From Psammoneis japonica (Eukaryota), in assembly GCA_008632985.1 (NCBI GenBank), contig QPGO01000136.1:124001-188000 (forward strand): a DNA stretch of 64,000 nucleotides, given 5' to 3'. The notes under the pieces are model-generated. The model made no database searches. It saw only the letters and a list, made by a program, of their open reading frames with translations, and had not been told where the DNA came from. The translations under genes were made by a program, and so were the position numbers. Of this stretch, positions 46,966 through 58,808 are shown piece by piece. Each line of letters opens with the position of its first letter. The stretch's first letter is position 1.

Positions 46966-49467
46966 ATGGCTGATTCAAAGAAGCGATTCAGTATCAAGGT
47001 GCGAGAAAACGTTGTAGTGACTGCGCTGATTTTCTGGATTGCCTCCAGTACTGATTCGTGTAGAAATCTACACGAGAAGCCTTATCTCTCTGCAAATCGG
47101 AACAGCTTATGGAGTTTAGATTGATCTCGTTGTCGATACAAATGCTCTTGGGTTAGAATATCCTTGCTTACTCACTACTTTATGCTTTCTCTCAATACAT
47201 ATAGCCTTTCAAGCCTCATGTGCCGATGGATCGCGTGGTAGCGTTGGAGACGTGGGAAGACTTGGCGAATGCGATTGATGAGATTTACAGCCGAAACGCG
47301 TCTCAGCTTTCCTACGAGGAGCTCTACCGTAATTCGTACAAGCTAGTTCTCCACAAGCACGGGACATTGCTCTATGATGGCGTGTCGGAAAAGATATCCT
47401 TGCATTTGCTAGAGACGGTGAAACGATTGGCGGAAGTTCCTGATTCTTCGCTGCTGGAAGAAATGGCATCGACCTGGTCCGAGCATCTCATCACAATGAC
47501 AATGGTGCGGGATATCCTCATGTATCTGGATCGCAACTACGTTCCGCAGGAAAGACGTCGTCCTGTCTATGAATTGGGCATGCATCTCTTTCGCTTGACA
47601 GTCTGGGATCACCCTCGTGTGCAGACACGTGTTTCAGAATTGCTTCTCAGCGCGATTGCGTCGGAACGTTCCGGGCAGCTCATGGATGACCGGACCCTTC
47701 TCAAATCCAATATCAGTATGCTTTTGGAAATGGGACAAGCAGACTCGTCTGATATTTACGAAAAGGATTTTGAAAGCCTCTTTTTGGGAACCACGCAAGA
47801 GTTTTATCGATTGGAATCGCTCTCGTATCTCTCGTGCAACACGGCCACGGACTATGTCGACAAGGCCCGGCGCCGTATCGAAGAAGAAAAGGATCGCAGT
47901 TCCACACTCAGTCTCCCAGTTCAACTGAATCTCAGGTGACAAGCATTGTCGAGACGGAACTCATTGAACGTCATGCGCGGACATGGTCGATATGGAGAAT
48001 TCTGGCTTTTGCGCTTTACTCAAGGAGGAAGACAAGCTTATGGAGATGCAAGCCATGTATGATTTGTTTGCTCGTGTCCCTGCGTCTGTCGACTATTTGA
48101 GAGACGCGCTTGCGGATCGCATCAAGGCGGATGGACGCGGTCTCATTGCGGACCAAGAACGTGGAGGGGATCCTCCGGCTTTTGTCCGGGGTGTCTTGGC
48201 CATGAGGGAGCGGTACGACAAGGTGGTTGCCACGTCGTTTCGGGGTGAAAAGCGTGCGCTCAAGCGTATGCGTGAATCGTTTGAAGACTTTTTGAATGCC
48301 GATGCCAGGGCGGCTTCGTGTTTGGCTGTCTATGTGGATGAACAATTGCGAGTTGGACTGCGCGGCGCGACGGAAACACAGGTGACGCAGGAATTGCAAA
48401 AGGTGATTGTAGTGTTTCGGTACTTGGCCGATAAGGATGTTTTTGAAGCGTTTTACAAGCAGCATCTTGCAAAGCGTTTGTTGGGAGGACGGAGTTGCAG
48501 CGAGGAGTCGGAACGAGCCATGGTTAGCCAGCTCAAGGCGGAATGTGGGTACCAGTTTACGAGTAAACTGGAGGGAATGTTCAATGATATGAGAATCTCC
48601 AGAGATTTGAGAGAGCAGTACAAGAACTACAAGCGAAATGAACTAGATGGTGAAACGAAAAGGAAGCTTTTGGATCTAGAGGCTGACGTGTTGACGAATG
48701 GGTACTGGCCTTCGCAAAACGTGCCTGCCTGCACTTTGCCGAAGATTGCCCAAGATGCGATTGATGTTTATTCAAAATTCTACCTGGAGCGACATACGGG
48801 GCGGAAGTTGTCGTGGCAGACGTCGGCGGGGGGCGCAGAGATTCGGGCGACCTTTGGCACTGGTCCCAACAGGTTTCGTCGACATGACCTCAGTGTGTCG
48901 ACTTACCAAATGTGCATTTTGATGCTCTTCAACAACGCTGAGACTCTCACGTTGGGTCAGATTCGGACTCAAACTCAGATTCCAGATTCGGAACTCAGGC
49001 GACACTTGATATCACTCTGCACTCCCAAACACCGTATCCTACGAAAGGGCAGCAAGGGGCGTACCATTACTTCAGACGACGACACGTTTACCTTTAACGC
49101 GGAATACACGAGCAAACTCAAGCGCGTGAGAATTCCAATGGTGAAAGAGTCCATGGTTACACGCGGAGGCGGCGACGGGGGCGCTGGTGTCGCAGCCGGG
49201 GCTCCCGCTGAAGGAGCAGCCATGGCGGCGATACCGGCTCCTGTGGAAGAAGACCGTCGCCACTTGGTGGAAGCGGCTGTTGTGCGCATTATGAAGGCGC
49301 GTAAGGGCTTGCACCACAATGATTTGATTGCTGAAGTGACCAAGCAGCTTAGCATTCGCTTTGTGCCTTCTCCTCAATTCATCAAGAAGCGAATCGAGAG
49401 TTTGATTGATCGCGAGTATCTAGAACGAGCGCAAGACGATCGGAGAGTGTACATGTATGTAGCGTGA
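46966..49467 (+). CDS. CUL3: Cullin-3; intron 46999-47204, frameshifts about 47920-47985
   Basis: LSYEELYRNSYKLVLHKHG, VRDILMYLDR, DKDVFEAFYKQHLAKRLL, ECGYQFTSKLEGMFNDM, neddylation motif AAVVRIMKARK, IKKRIESLIDREYLER. Confidence 0.95.
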
Positions 49468-50048
49468 CTTATTTTAGTAATGCAGTTGTTCCTCTATTTG
49501 TCAAAGGAGTACCAGCGAGGCCGTTGCAGAAGATGCGATGGAACTCGCTATTGGCATGGGCATGAAACCGATCCCGTCGTCAATGACAAGCTCGCCAGAC
49601 TGTCGCTCCAATGAATTGGTCGTCGTCATGCTGCAGAATCCTGTGCAGTCAACGTAATTTCGTTGCTTGCTGAGACGTGTCTCCAGTCCGCTCTGTTTTA
49701 TCTCTGCAAATTGTGAGTAGGCGGGAATGATATCTCCCGCGTTAGTTCATCCTGTCATCATCCTCGCTGATCTTCCCAGGGATCTTCCTTGATAGTTGAA
49801 GACCATCTGGCATACTGTAGTCTCACTTACCAAATCATTGCACATCTCTGACCTGCATTCTTTTCAAGCGCTTGGCGACAAAAAGGAATTTCCTCGAAAG
49901 AGAAAAGTTTGCATAGGTTCTCTACATTAGTCACACCGTTCCCGTGATTCTGCAAAAGACGATGGATCATTGCCTTTTTAAACCTAGAAATCTTCTACAA
50001 AGTTAATGTCATTCAAAAACTGGTTCATGTCGTCATATAGACCAATAT

Positions 50049-50684
50049 TTATCTGTTGTGGTCCATTTCGTCGCACACGGCTGTGAGGCATACTATCAAG
50101 CAGGGATCTATTCCAGGGCTTATTGTGACAAGATAGGAGTTCAGATTCCCTTCCCAATCTCCACCTTGGATGAATGCAGCAGTTTGTCCCTGATATTTCA
50201 CGACTCGTTTCTTTGACCGCAAAGATCCAACTCTCGAAATCGTCATCGACGCGTGTTTTTCGTTGTCGAATGAGACTTTCTGGGTACTAGAGAAGGGGAA
50301 TCGTCCCACCATGCAGTGCATGTATAGGTCATATTCCTTATAAATATCTTTTGATGAAGCCTGACCGGGGCATAGCGGCTTTGGGGAATATATCTTGATT
50401 GTTTGTCCAATGAACTCGCGCTTTCGCACACAGACTGCAATGGGATTTCCATCCCCATCCAATAGAGCCATTTGATTATGACAAGCTGATGCTTTTTCTT
50501 CGACATTTAGGTCTTCATCCCCGATTCTTTTGTCGTGGACGTTCGTTGCAAATAGCTTCTCCCGCACTATGAAGGTCATCTTTTCGTTCGAAGGACCAGC
50601 AGCTCCCAAAGATGGCATTGACTTGTCCATTTTGACGGGCACGTCAAAGGTATTGCCTACTGGAACAGATCCTGCACATCCCAT
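50049..50684 (-). CDS. LURP-one/Tubby C-terminal-like (scramblase-fold) protein, probably N-acylated
   Basis: MGCAGS acylation motif, FIVREKLF, LLDGDGNPIAV, NSYLVTISPGIDPCLIVCLTAVCDE. Confidence 0.7.
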   Translation of the reverse strand: MGCAGSVPVGNTFDVPVKMDKSMPSLGAAGPSNEKMTFIVREKLFATNVHDKRIGDEDLNVEEKASACHNQMALLDGDGNPIAVCVRKREFIGQTIKIYSPKPLCPGQASSKDIYKEYDLYMHCMVGRFPFSSTQKVSFDNEKHASMTISRVGSLRSKKRVVKYQGQTAAFIQGGDWEGNLNSYLVTISPGIDPCLIVCLTAVCDEMDHNR

Positions 50685-51169
50685 GTTGTAAATATTTGCC
50701 TTGACTCTGTGTTTATCCCTGCTTCTCGACAGTGTTCTTTGTTCGGCTCATTGGATGCGCCGTTGAGTGTGGAGAAGGATCGGTCGTGTCTCTCGTCGTC
50801 GTTGCATGGAGGTTTCAGGGTCGCGCGTGAGGTCGCGGTTGAGCCTGCCACACGACTGAAACTAGTCTGTCAGTACGTTCTGGAGACTCAATTCTGCTTC
50901 GTACTCTACTCTAGGAATACTCCGCCCTAGAGCCCTAGAGAGAGAGCAGAGAGTTACCTCTGCCTAAGCTCTCTTCTTCCTCCTCACAAGCCAGAAGCAA
51001 CTTAAAACTTGGCTCTATTTGCTGTGTCTGTGGCACTTGCCATTCAAGTCTCCCTTCTTTGTCCCTTGGCTTGGATTGCCCAAAGTTGAAAATCTGTGGG
51101 GTGTGGACACCACGGAGATTCCCTCACGGAAGATGAGGCAGTTCAGATTTTTGATGCACAGGGTACATG

Positions 51170-51458
51170 CGCTACAAACAAGATTTTGTGTTAGTAGGAC
51201 ATCTTTTTTCTACCGTACATTGTTCACTACTACTTCTAGTTTCAAAACATGAATTCCTTGTACTTGTCAACCTCGGCTGTCCCTCCAAAGCAAACACCCA
51301 GTCTTTGATGAATGTTTACTTGCGCTGCAAACAAGATTTTGTGTTGATAGGACAATTTTCTTCTACTGTACATTATTTGTTCACCAGTTTCAAAACATGA
51401 ATTCCTTGTACTTGTCAACCTCGGCTGTTCCTCCAAAGCAAACACCCAATCTTTGATC
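51170..51458. repeat. Tandem duplication (about 150-bp period) of the SBPase 3' coding end, stop and 3' flank
   Basis: 51170-51310 versus 51322-51458. Both encode QRLGVCFGGTAEVDKYKEFMF* on the minus strand. Confidence 0.9.
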
Positions 51459-52382
51459 CGTGTGTTCAATGACAATATCAAGGACACTCTTGTCCTCGTC
51501 TTCATGAATGGCAGCTCCACCGGCGCACTCGACAATAAGAGCCAAAGGAGCACATTCGTACAACAGTCTCAGTTTCGCCTTGGCCGTCGGTGAACTAACA
51601 TTTGTAAAAACTCCCTTGGACTTGGCCAAAATGTGGTATACGTCTGGAACCATTCCACCCGAGTAACGGAGCTGATACCGTTCCCGCAGCCAATACTGCA
51701 AGAGATTGTCATATTCGGGGTGGTCGGTTGTGGCTCGGAGGTTGCCCGGGGCAAAGATCTTGCCCTTTGGTTCAATGTGGATCTTGTCGCGTGAAACCTC
51801 CCACGTTGTACGATCCTTGACAAGCGTCACTTCCAGGACTTGGCTAGATTCAGCCAGAGCAATGCACAACAATGTACGCGGGCCGTACAAACTAACAGCT
51901 GCCGCAACCTGCTCTCGTCCGGTCCGTCCCACAAGCTTGTTGCCGGGCCAAATACCAAAAATGCTGCCAACCGATAGATTTGCATCAATAATACTGCTTC
52001 CATCCAAAGGATCACATCCTAGAGAATACGGGCCGTCTCCCACGGAGGTTTCTTGCGGCGTCTCTTCGCTAGCCACAGTGCTAAACATTCCCGACTCACG
52101 CACCGCCTCAAAGACGTCTCCGTCACATTGAATATCCAAATGTAGCTGTTCGTCTCCCGAGAGATTCTGAGAACCCGCATATGTGTGTTCGACATAGTTG
52201 GTAAGATGCATGGCAATGTGAGCCGTTGCTTCGCCGAGGGCCACAATGGCCGAAATCAAATTCTCATTGTCAACCTTGTAGTCAGAACGAAGGATCTCGG
52301 AAAGCGTTTCCTTTCGTGTAATGGGACATCCAACCACAGCTTTGTGAAGGTTTTCCTCTGTCTCGACCTCAACTGGAGTCAT
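51390..52382 (-). CDS. Sedoheptulose-1,7-bisphosphatase (FBPase family)
   Basis: SGDEQLHLD, VASEE, DPLDGSSIIDAN, GIWPG, YGPRT, FAPGNLRAT, LRYSGGMVPDV, KLRLLYECAPLA are SBPase-type motifs. Confidence 0.88.
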   Translation of the reverse strand: MTPVEVETEENLHKAVVGCPITRKETLSEILRSDYKVDNENLISAIVALGEATAHIAMHLTNYVEHTYAGSQNLSGDEQLHLDIQCDGDVFEAVRESGMFSTVASEETPQETSVGDGPYSLGCDPLDGSSIIDANLSVGSIFGIWPGNKLVGRTGREQVAAAVSLYGPRTLLCIALAESSQVLEVTLVKDRTTWEVSRDKIHIEPKGKIFAPGNLRATTDHPEYDNLLQYWLRERYQLRYSGGMVPDVYHILAKSKGVFTNVSSPTAKAKLRLLYECAPLALIVECAGGAAIHEDEDKSVLDIVIEHTDQRLGVCFGGTAEVDKYKEFMF

Positions 52383-52728
52383 GGTGGTATGTAGGAACGC
52401 GGTGCTAATAAGAGTGATTGTGCAACGAACAACGTCGGCAGTCGATGAATGGAGAGTGGTCATCGTTTCGTGATGGTCGTGCGATGATGAGCGATGACGT
52501 TGGCTTTTTATTGCGGTTTTCGCGCGCAGATTTTTTGCGCGACAGCCCACTGCAGATCAACCGCCCAAAGGCGATTTGCTGGATCGACGATCTTTGACGT
52601 TGATAATGGATGATGGTTGATGAGTGTCCAGGAGCATCTTTGAACACATTGTCATTCTCTTTTGGAGACATTGTAACGTGCATACGAGAGGCAAGATCTA
52701 GAAAAGAAGAAAAAGGAACAGAGAGAAA

Positions 52729-53843
52729 ATGTTGTGGACAACTCGTTTCACGTCTCGCTTTCCAACAATTTCCGTCCCCATCATGGGTGCACCCATGGCG
52801 GGTGTTTCCGGTGGTGAATTGGCGGCTGAAACATGCCGAGCGGGTGCCATGGGATTTGTTGCTGGAGGACATTTGGATAACATGGAACAACTGGAAAAAG
52901 AAATTCGACTTTATCGAGAGCGCACTATAACAACAAGGACTTTTTGGCGATTGGAATCATTAGCCATTCCTCCATGCGAAACGGAAATTCGGAACGAATC
53001 GAGCACGTGCTAAAAGAGTACAAACCTTCGGTTGTGCAATTTTTCGCTCCAGCCGTAATGAAGTTGAATTGCAGTGATGCAGCGATTGCAAACAATATTG
53101 ATCTAGCTCACAAGTATGGGTGTCACGTCATGGCACAAGTGGGAACGGTAGCGGAAGCACAAGACGCAATTGAGGCAGGTGCCGATACTTTGATTGCTCA
53201 GGGTGGTGAAGCTGGAGGACATGGATTGAGACCGGATCTGAGCAATGGCACGTTTGCTCTTTGCGCAAGAATTGTGTCCGTGACAAAGGCGGCGTTTTCG
53301 AACAATAATGCAGACAAGCGACCCTTGGTGCTTGCCGCTGGAGGCATCGTTGATGGACGTGGTCTGGCTGCGGCCTTGGCGCTGGGTTGTGATGGAGTAG
53401 TCTTGGGGACTCGCCTGTGGGCAAGTCAAGAAGCCTTGGGACATGACGAATTCAAAGAGAGATTGGCGTCGCCCAACGCCGAACCGGATCAAGTGATTCG
53501 TACCACGGTGTTTGATCAAATTGCAAACAAGGTATCCAAAGATCCATGGCCGGTACCGTATGACTCTACGGGTAACTTGAAAAACAAAACAACAGACGAG
53601 TGGCATGGGAATGAAAAAGAGCTTGAAGCGAAACTGTCACAGGATCTCAAGATGTCGGCGGACTACAAATCGGCCGTTGCAAAAGGAGATCCCCACGTTG
53701 TTGCAGTTTATTCGGGTGAAGGCGTGGGTGAAATTCATAGCATAGATCCGGCATACGACATTATCCGTCGCACCAGCGAGGAGGCAATGACTATTGTTCA
53801 AAACATTTCGTCGTTCGTTGTGAATGACGCCGCCACTAGATAG
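52729..53843 (+). CDS. Nitronate monooxygenase (2-nitropropane dioxygenase family); frameshift near 52940
   Basis: PIMGAPMAGVSGGELAA, QVGTVAEA, IAQGGEAGGHG, LAAGGIVDGRGLAAALALGCDGVVLGTR, YSGEGVG. Confidence 0.9.
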
Positions 53844-54085
53844 CTGCTTGTATTGATTGCTAACATACTTTAAGTACAATCCCTGTTTATTAGAGAGCAT
53901 ACTATATCACACATCTGCCGTACCTATGATCAGAAGGAACATTACTACGAGCGCTAATGAAAAATCAACTCTCAACTCTTTTTGTAATGTTCCGCCACCC
54001 AGCCACACGACGGGCACACCATAAGGCTCCAAGCAAAATGTACAACAGGTCTCGTCCGCCAATAATAGGTTCTCTGCCACAGATT

Positions 54086-54430
54086 CTATGTACAAAAGTA
54101 GAGGGCACAGGTGCCAGAGCAGCATCTACCATACCGACAGGTGCCGTCCATGCCAGCTGTGCCGTGGCAACTGCATTGGCTGCCGGCGGGTTGGCACGAT
54201 TCTGGTGCATCTCGAGGGGGGTCTGAATTCGTGCCACCATTCTTGTTCAACCCAAGGACAAGGCCAACGACCAGGCCAGCAACGACAAGCGCTGTGACTC
54301 CAAAGATGACAAGAAGTTTCTTCTTGGTGAGGCACCCGGGCTTAGATTCGCAGGCATCGTTGTCTCTACCTTCATGGCCCATCGGGACTGATGCCACTGC
54401 GCATTCGTCTGTGTTCTTCTTTTTCGTCAT
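54086..54430 (-). CDS. Small single-pass membrane protein with a Cys-rich extracellular tail
   Basis: KKKLLVIFGVTALVVAGLVVGLVLGL TM helix followed by CQPAGSQCSCHG..CRYGRCCSGTCALYFC. Confidence 0.55.
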   Translation of the reverse strand: MTKKKNTDECAVASVPMGHEGRDNDACESKPGCLTKKKLLVIFGVTALVVAGLVVGLVLGLNKNGGTNSDPPRDAPESCQPAGSQCSCHGTAGMDGTCRYGRCCSGTCALYFCT

Positions 54431-54724
54431 GATGATGTTCGATTCAATTTGGGAAAACTGTGAGCATTGTAAGAGGTGAGCTCTATGTACAATAGAGAGA
54501 GAGAGCGTGATGGCCGAATCACTCTCGAGGCACGGACCGAATCGTCGATCTTCGTGTGCGAAATCTATGGCTGATCTGTGCTTGGTTTGAGTCACGCATG
54601 TTTTTTGTTCATCCGCGACTGACGTCAAGAATCACACGCGACTTAGAGCAGAATCATCGACACAATTCTGGCAGCATCAAAACTGTTGTTCGAAGATAGA
54701 GTCTTGGCCATGCTGCGATCCTCC

Positions 54725-54860
54725 ATCTGAAAGAAACATTGATGCAAGTGCTGGTGAACAATCAACTCTCAACTCTTTTGGTCTGCTCCACCACCCAGCC
54801 ACACACCGGGTGGACCATGAGGGTCGAAACAAAATGTGCAACATGACTGGTCCAGCCAAA
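54725..54860 (-). pseudogene. Decayed paralogous copy of the about 53930-54060 segment
   Basis: gaaacattgatgcaagtgctggtgaacaatcaactctcaactctttt...ccatgaggg...aaaatgtgcaaca versus gaacattactacgagcgctaatgaaaaatcaactctcaactctttt...ccataaggc...aaaatgtacaaca. Confidence 0.8.
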
Positions 54861-57200
54861 AAGGAGCATTGTTGCAAGAGCAGGAGCACCTCTTTGGACA
54901 CCAACAGCGGTTCTCAACCATGCCCTGCATGCATTGCCAAATGCTCTCACTCAATCATTCAAAGACATGCTGGCAATGAGCTGGGCTCACAAGCTCTCTG
55001 TGTCATTCATTTCAAGGCACCCCCTCTCACTCATGATGCTCTTTCTCTTCATCAGGCAAGAGGACATGAATCCCCGAAACCTGCACAAGGGAAACAAAGA
55101 TTGTGAAGCAAAGAGCTCAAGTTGATGACCAATCATGACTCAAACACACATGTGTTGGCACCACCTTTGCACAACTGCTGACACTTTCACATGACTCGAA
55201 GGTCTGATGCAAGACGACACTGCATGACCACAACAGCACCGCCACCGCTTGTCCATCAACCAAGGGTGTCATTGCTGCACATGCGACAGGTTCAGGAGTG
55301 GCCGATTTGATGCTCAGCTGACTTGATGGTGTCGCAAAAGACAAAAAAAAACAGAAGCTCAGAAGAACAATGAACATGAAGGCTCGAGCCTTGAGCCAAA
55401 GCCACACACATTCACACACTGATTTAAGAAGGTTCTGTGGTCATGTCATCTCTCATGCTTTGCCGCAGAGGACACTCTCAATGCAGGCAAGAGAACAAGA
55501 ATTGTCGCTGAATTGCTTGCTGGTGATGGACTTGCATTGCAAATGCACCCAATTGCAACAGTTTGATGTCTGATGGTCAAACAATTTTAGATTTTGCAGT
55601 CTTGCATGGCCAAACTTCAACTTGCACATGTGCCTGCACAAAAAGACAGCGAAGTCAAATTTTGAAGCTTGTGAGGTGAAACGTGAAACCCGCTCTTCTT
55701 TCCTCCACCCAATCTCTCTGCAGCCAACAACTCCAGCAGATTGTGATGACAAGCAAGTTGCACATGGCTGCACAGAGGCATGCACCATTGTGCTCATTGC
55801 AGTGTACCCTGCAGCAGGGCACCCAGTGGGGAAGGCTTGACCCATCAGCTGGAGCAGCGCCACAAACTTGCACTGGAGTGGTGCCCAACAAATTTGGCCA
55901 ATGAGGAGGGCAATCTCATGCAGGATTTTGCACACAATGGTTGCAGCAGCAGATGTGCACAAAGGGTGTGCCCCCATGTCTCAACTCAGTGATCCTGCTG
56001 CTTGTGAAAGGATTGCACAGATGCGCTGCCAAAGCCAGCACCAAAGAAGCTCAGCCACCCTGCGCCAAAGCATCTCCTGAAACACACTCTGAAAGATTTT
56101 TTCCCTTCACACACTTGTGCAGCATGTTGCAAATCAATGAGTGCTGCACTTTTGGGCAACTTTGGTTGGCACCAAAGTTTTTGCAATCTTGGTCAACGAC
56201 TCTGCCACGGAAGGTTTTTTTCATGCTGCTGCACCCTTGCCCCTTGTGAGGGCCAGCCAGCACAAGAATTGTGTTGTCCTCAAATCTCCTGAGCCTTTTG
56301 CTTTTAAAACAAGTCAAGAAGAAGAAACTGCAAAGGAGAAGAAGCCAAGACTGACATTTCTGTGCCAACAGATCGGCCCCTGTCATTGACATGAAGCAAC
56401 TGGTGTGCAAGTGCACATCATCAAATCCTTGCCCAAAGCTGCCATCTCTTGAGACAAGTGCTGCAGTGCAGTGCCAAGGTCTTTGCTGAAGCTGAGGTCA
56501 GCAGAGCAGGGCTGCAACAGACAAGCATCACAAAAAAGAGCCACAAGAAGCCAGGCCAGCAGCCATCATCTTGGTGGGTGGTGGCTCCCTTGCTGCTGCT
56601 GCTGCCTTCCTTTGCAACAACAATGTGGTGAACAGAAATGGCCGTCCCATGATTGATTCTCATGCTGCTGCCTCTTGGACAGAGGCGGCTGTGGCAATGG
56701 TGGCAATGTGCTCTCTCTCTCGAGTCTTGAGGAGCAAGAGGAGAACAAACAGCGCGCGACAAGAACACAGGGCAACAGCAGCCATGATGGTGGCTGGCAC
56801 GTGTGGCAGATGCCAAGATGGGTGTCTCTGGGTCAATTGTTGGTTGGGATTTCAATTCCAAGCCAACGAAATGCTGCACAATGTAAAGGGATCCCATCCT
56901 GCTGGATCCCAGCACCTGTGCCCGCTTCGCGCCTGCGACTGTATCTATCTCTACCGGTGCCTACCCATCTATCTATCTGCGATGAACTTGGTACCAGGCC
57001 CAGGCACCCATGTCGGATAACACTATTTAACGGCTTTGTGTAGAATTCTACTAAATCATTCGTACATACGTGGCGAATAAAAAATATTCGATTTCGATCT
57101 TCTTTGGAGGAGAAAATCTTTCTCACTTTTTCGTTCGTTTTCCTTCCGACACGTGACATAAAATTCTCCGATGCGGCTTTGCAAACTGGTGCCATTGACG

Positions 57201-58707
57201 ATGACACGATTAATCCCGTTGCTCTTTCTTTTGTTTGGAGACGTTGCGTCGTTTCTTCCAAGCGCAAGGCCAATCACGGCGTTGAAACGAAACAATGTGC
57301 CGCGAACCTTGCACACCATGGTGTCGTATGATAATAGTGGAGGCAGCAGCAACGGATTCTCCTCCTTGTCGGTCAGCGAACTCAAGAGACTCCTTAGCGA
57401 CCGTGGTGTTGATTTTAGGGATTGTCTTGAGAAGAGAGACTTGATTGAACGTTTGGAAAGCTCCAGAAAGGTGCCGTCGAAGGGGTCTGCTGGAGTCGCA
57501 CCGACGGCTTTGACGGACGATGAAAACCGTCTCATCAATACCTTTACCCGTGTTGCACCCAGTGTGGCGTTTATCCAAACCTCGTACATGACAAAGCAGC
57601 AAAGCGGATTCTCTCTTCGTGGTACGGAGGTTCCAGCTGGTGCGGGCAGTGGATTCCTTTGGGATGACCGAGGGCACGTCGTTACCAACTATCATGTCGT
57701 TGCGTCTGGTGGCGGTGGTTCCGTTCCAAAGCGAGTCAAAGTCAAGTGCCAAGGAATGACGGAAGCGTGCGACGCCGAAGTTGTGGGCGTCGAGCCTGAA
57801 AAGGATATTGCTGTACTCAAGATCCCCACCAACAATTTGCCTTCTCCAATTGATGTCGGGACGTCAAACGATTTGCAGGTTGGCCAGAGTGTGATTGCCA
57901 TTGGAAATCCTTATGGACTTGACAACACGCTTACTACCGGCGTCGTTTCTGCACTGGGCAGAGATGTAGATGGAATTGGTGGCAGACCCATCAAGGGTTG
58001 CATTCAGACGGACGCGTCGATCAACCCGTAAGAACGCATGCATTTCAGTTATGTTCCTTTTCTAATAATTTACACACAACTAACACTTGTACACTCTCTT
58101 TCTTAGCGGTAACTCTGGCGGACCGCTCTTGGACTCTCGCGGTCGATTGATTGGTGTCAATACCGCCATCTTCTCTCCCGGAGCAGCTCGTGGATTGGGT
58201 GGTAACATTGGGATTGGCTTTGCGATCCCTGTCGATACCGTACGGCGAGTCGTGAACCAGATTATTCGTTACGGAAGCGTTGTACGTCCTACTCTGGGCA
58301 TTCAGGTTGCTGACGATCGCATTGTGCGGTCCATGGAGAGCCAGCTTGGTAGAAAGCTAGAGGGTGTCTTTGTTGCAGAGGTCATTCCCGGTTCGCCTGC
58401 CGCAACTGCAGGACTGCAGGCTGCATCGCTTCGCAGTGACGGATCTGTCGTCTTGGGTGATTTGATTACAAACGTCAACGGCCAACCCGTCCGTCAGGCA
58501 GAAGATTTGCTTTCGGCGATTGAAGAACTTCGTGATGGCGATGTCGTGACGCTCCGTATCTTGCGAGGCTGCGATTCGAGGCGTCCTGTCGAGTTAAAGG
58601 TCCGCCTCACCACTCGCAGCAAACTCAACAAGCAAACCTCGGCTCGCTCTTCTCGTTCAAACAGTCGCGTGAGTGCCAACAGCGAAGAGTTTACGCCGTG
58701 GCAGTAA
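57201..58707 (+). CDS. Deg1-like (DegP/HtrA) serine protease with PDZ domain, plastid-targeted; intron 58028-58106
   Basis: Signal peptide ending DVAS-FLP. GAGSGFLWD..HVVTNYHVV, DIAVLK, IQTDASINP|GNSGGPLLD, PDZ region GDLITNVNG. Confidence 0.95.
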
Positions 58708-58808
58708 GTGATGGTGTGGTTGGAATTGACAACTCAAGCTTCACAGTGGTAGAGCATAGGTAGGGAAAACCCAAAACAATAGGATAGACAACACATGAGC
58801 TTGTTCTA

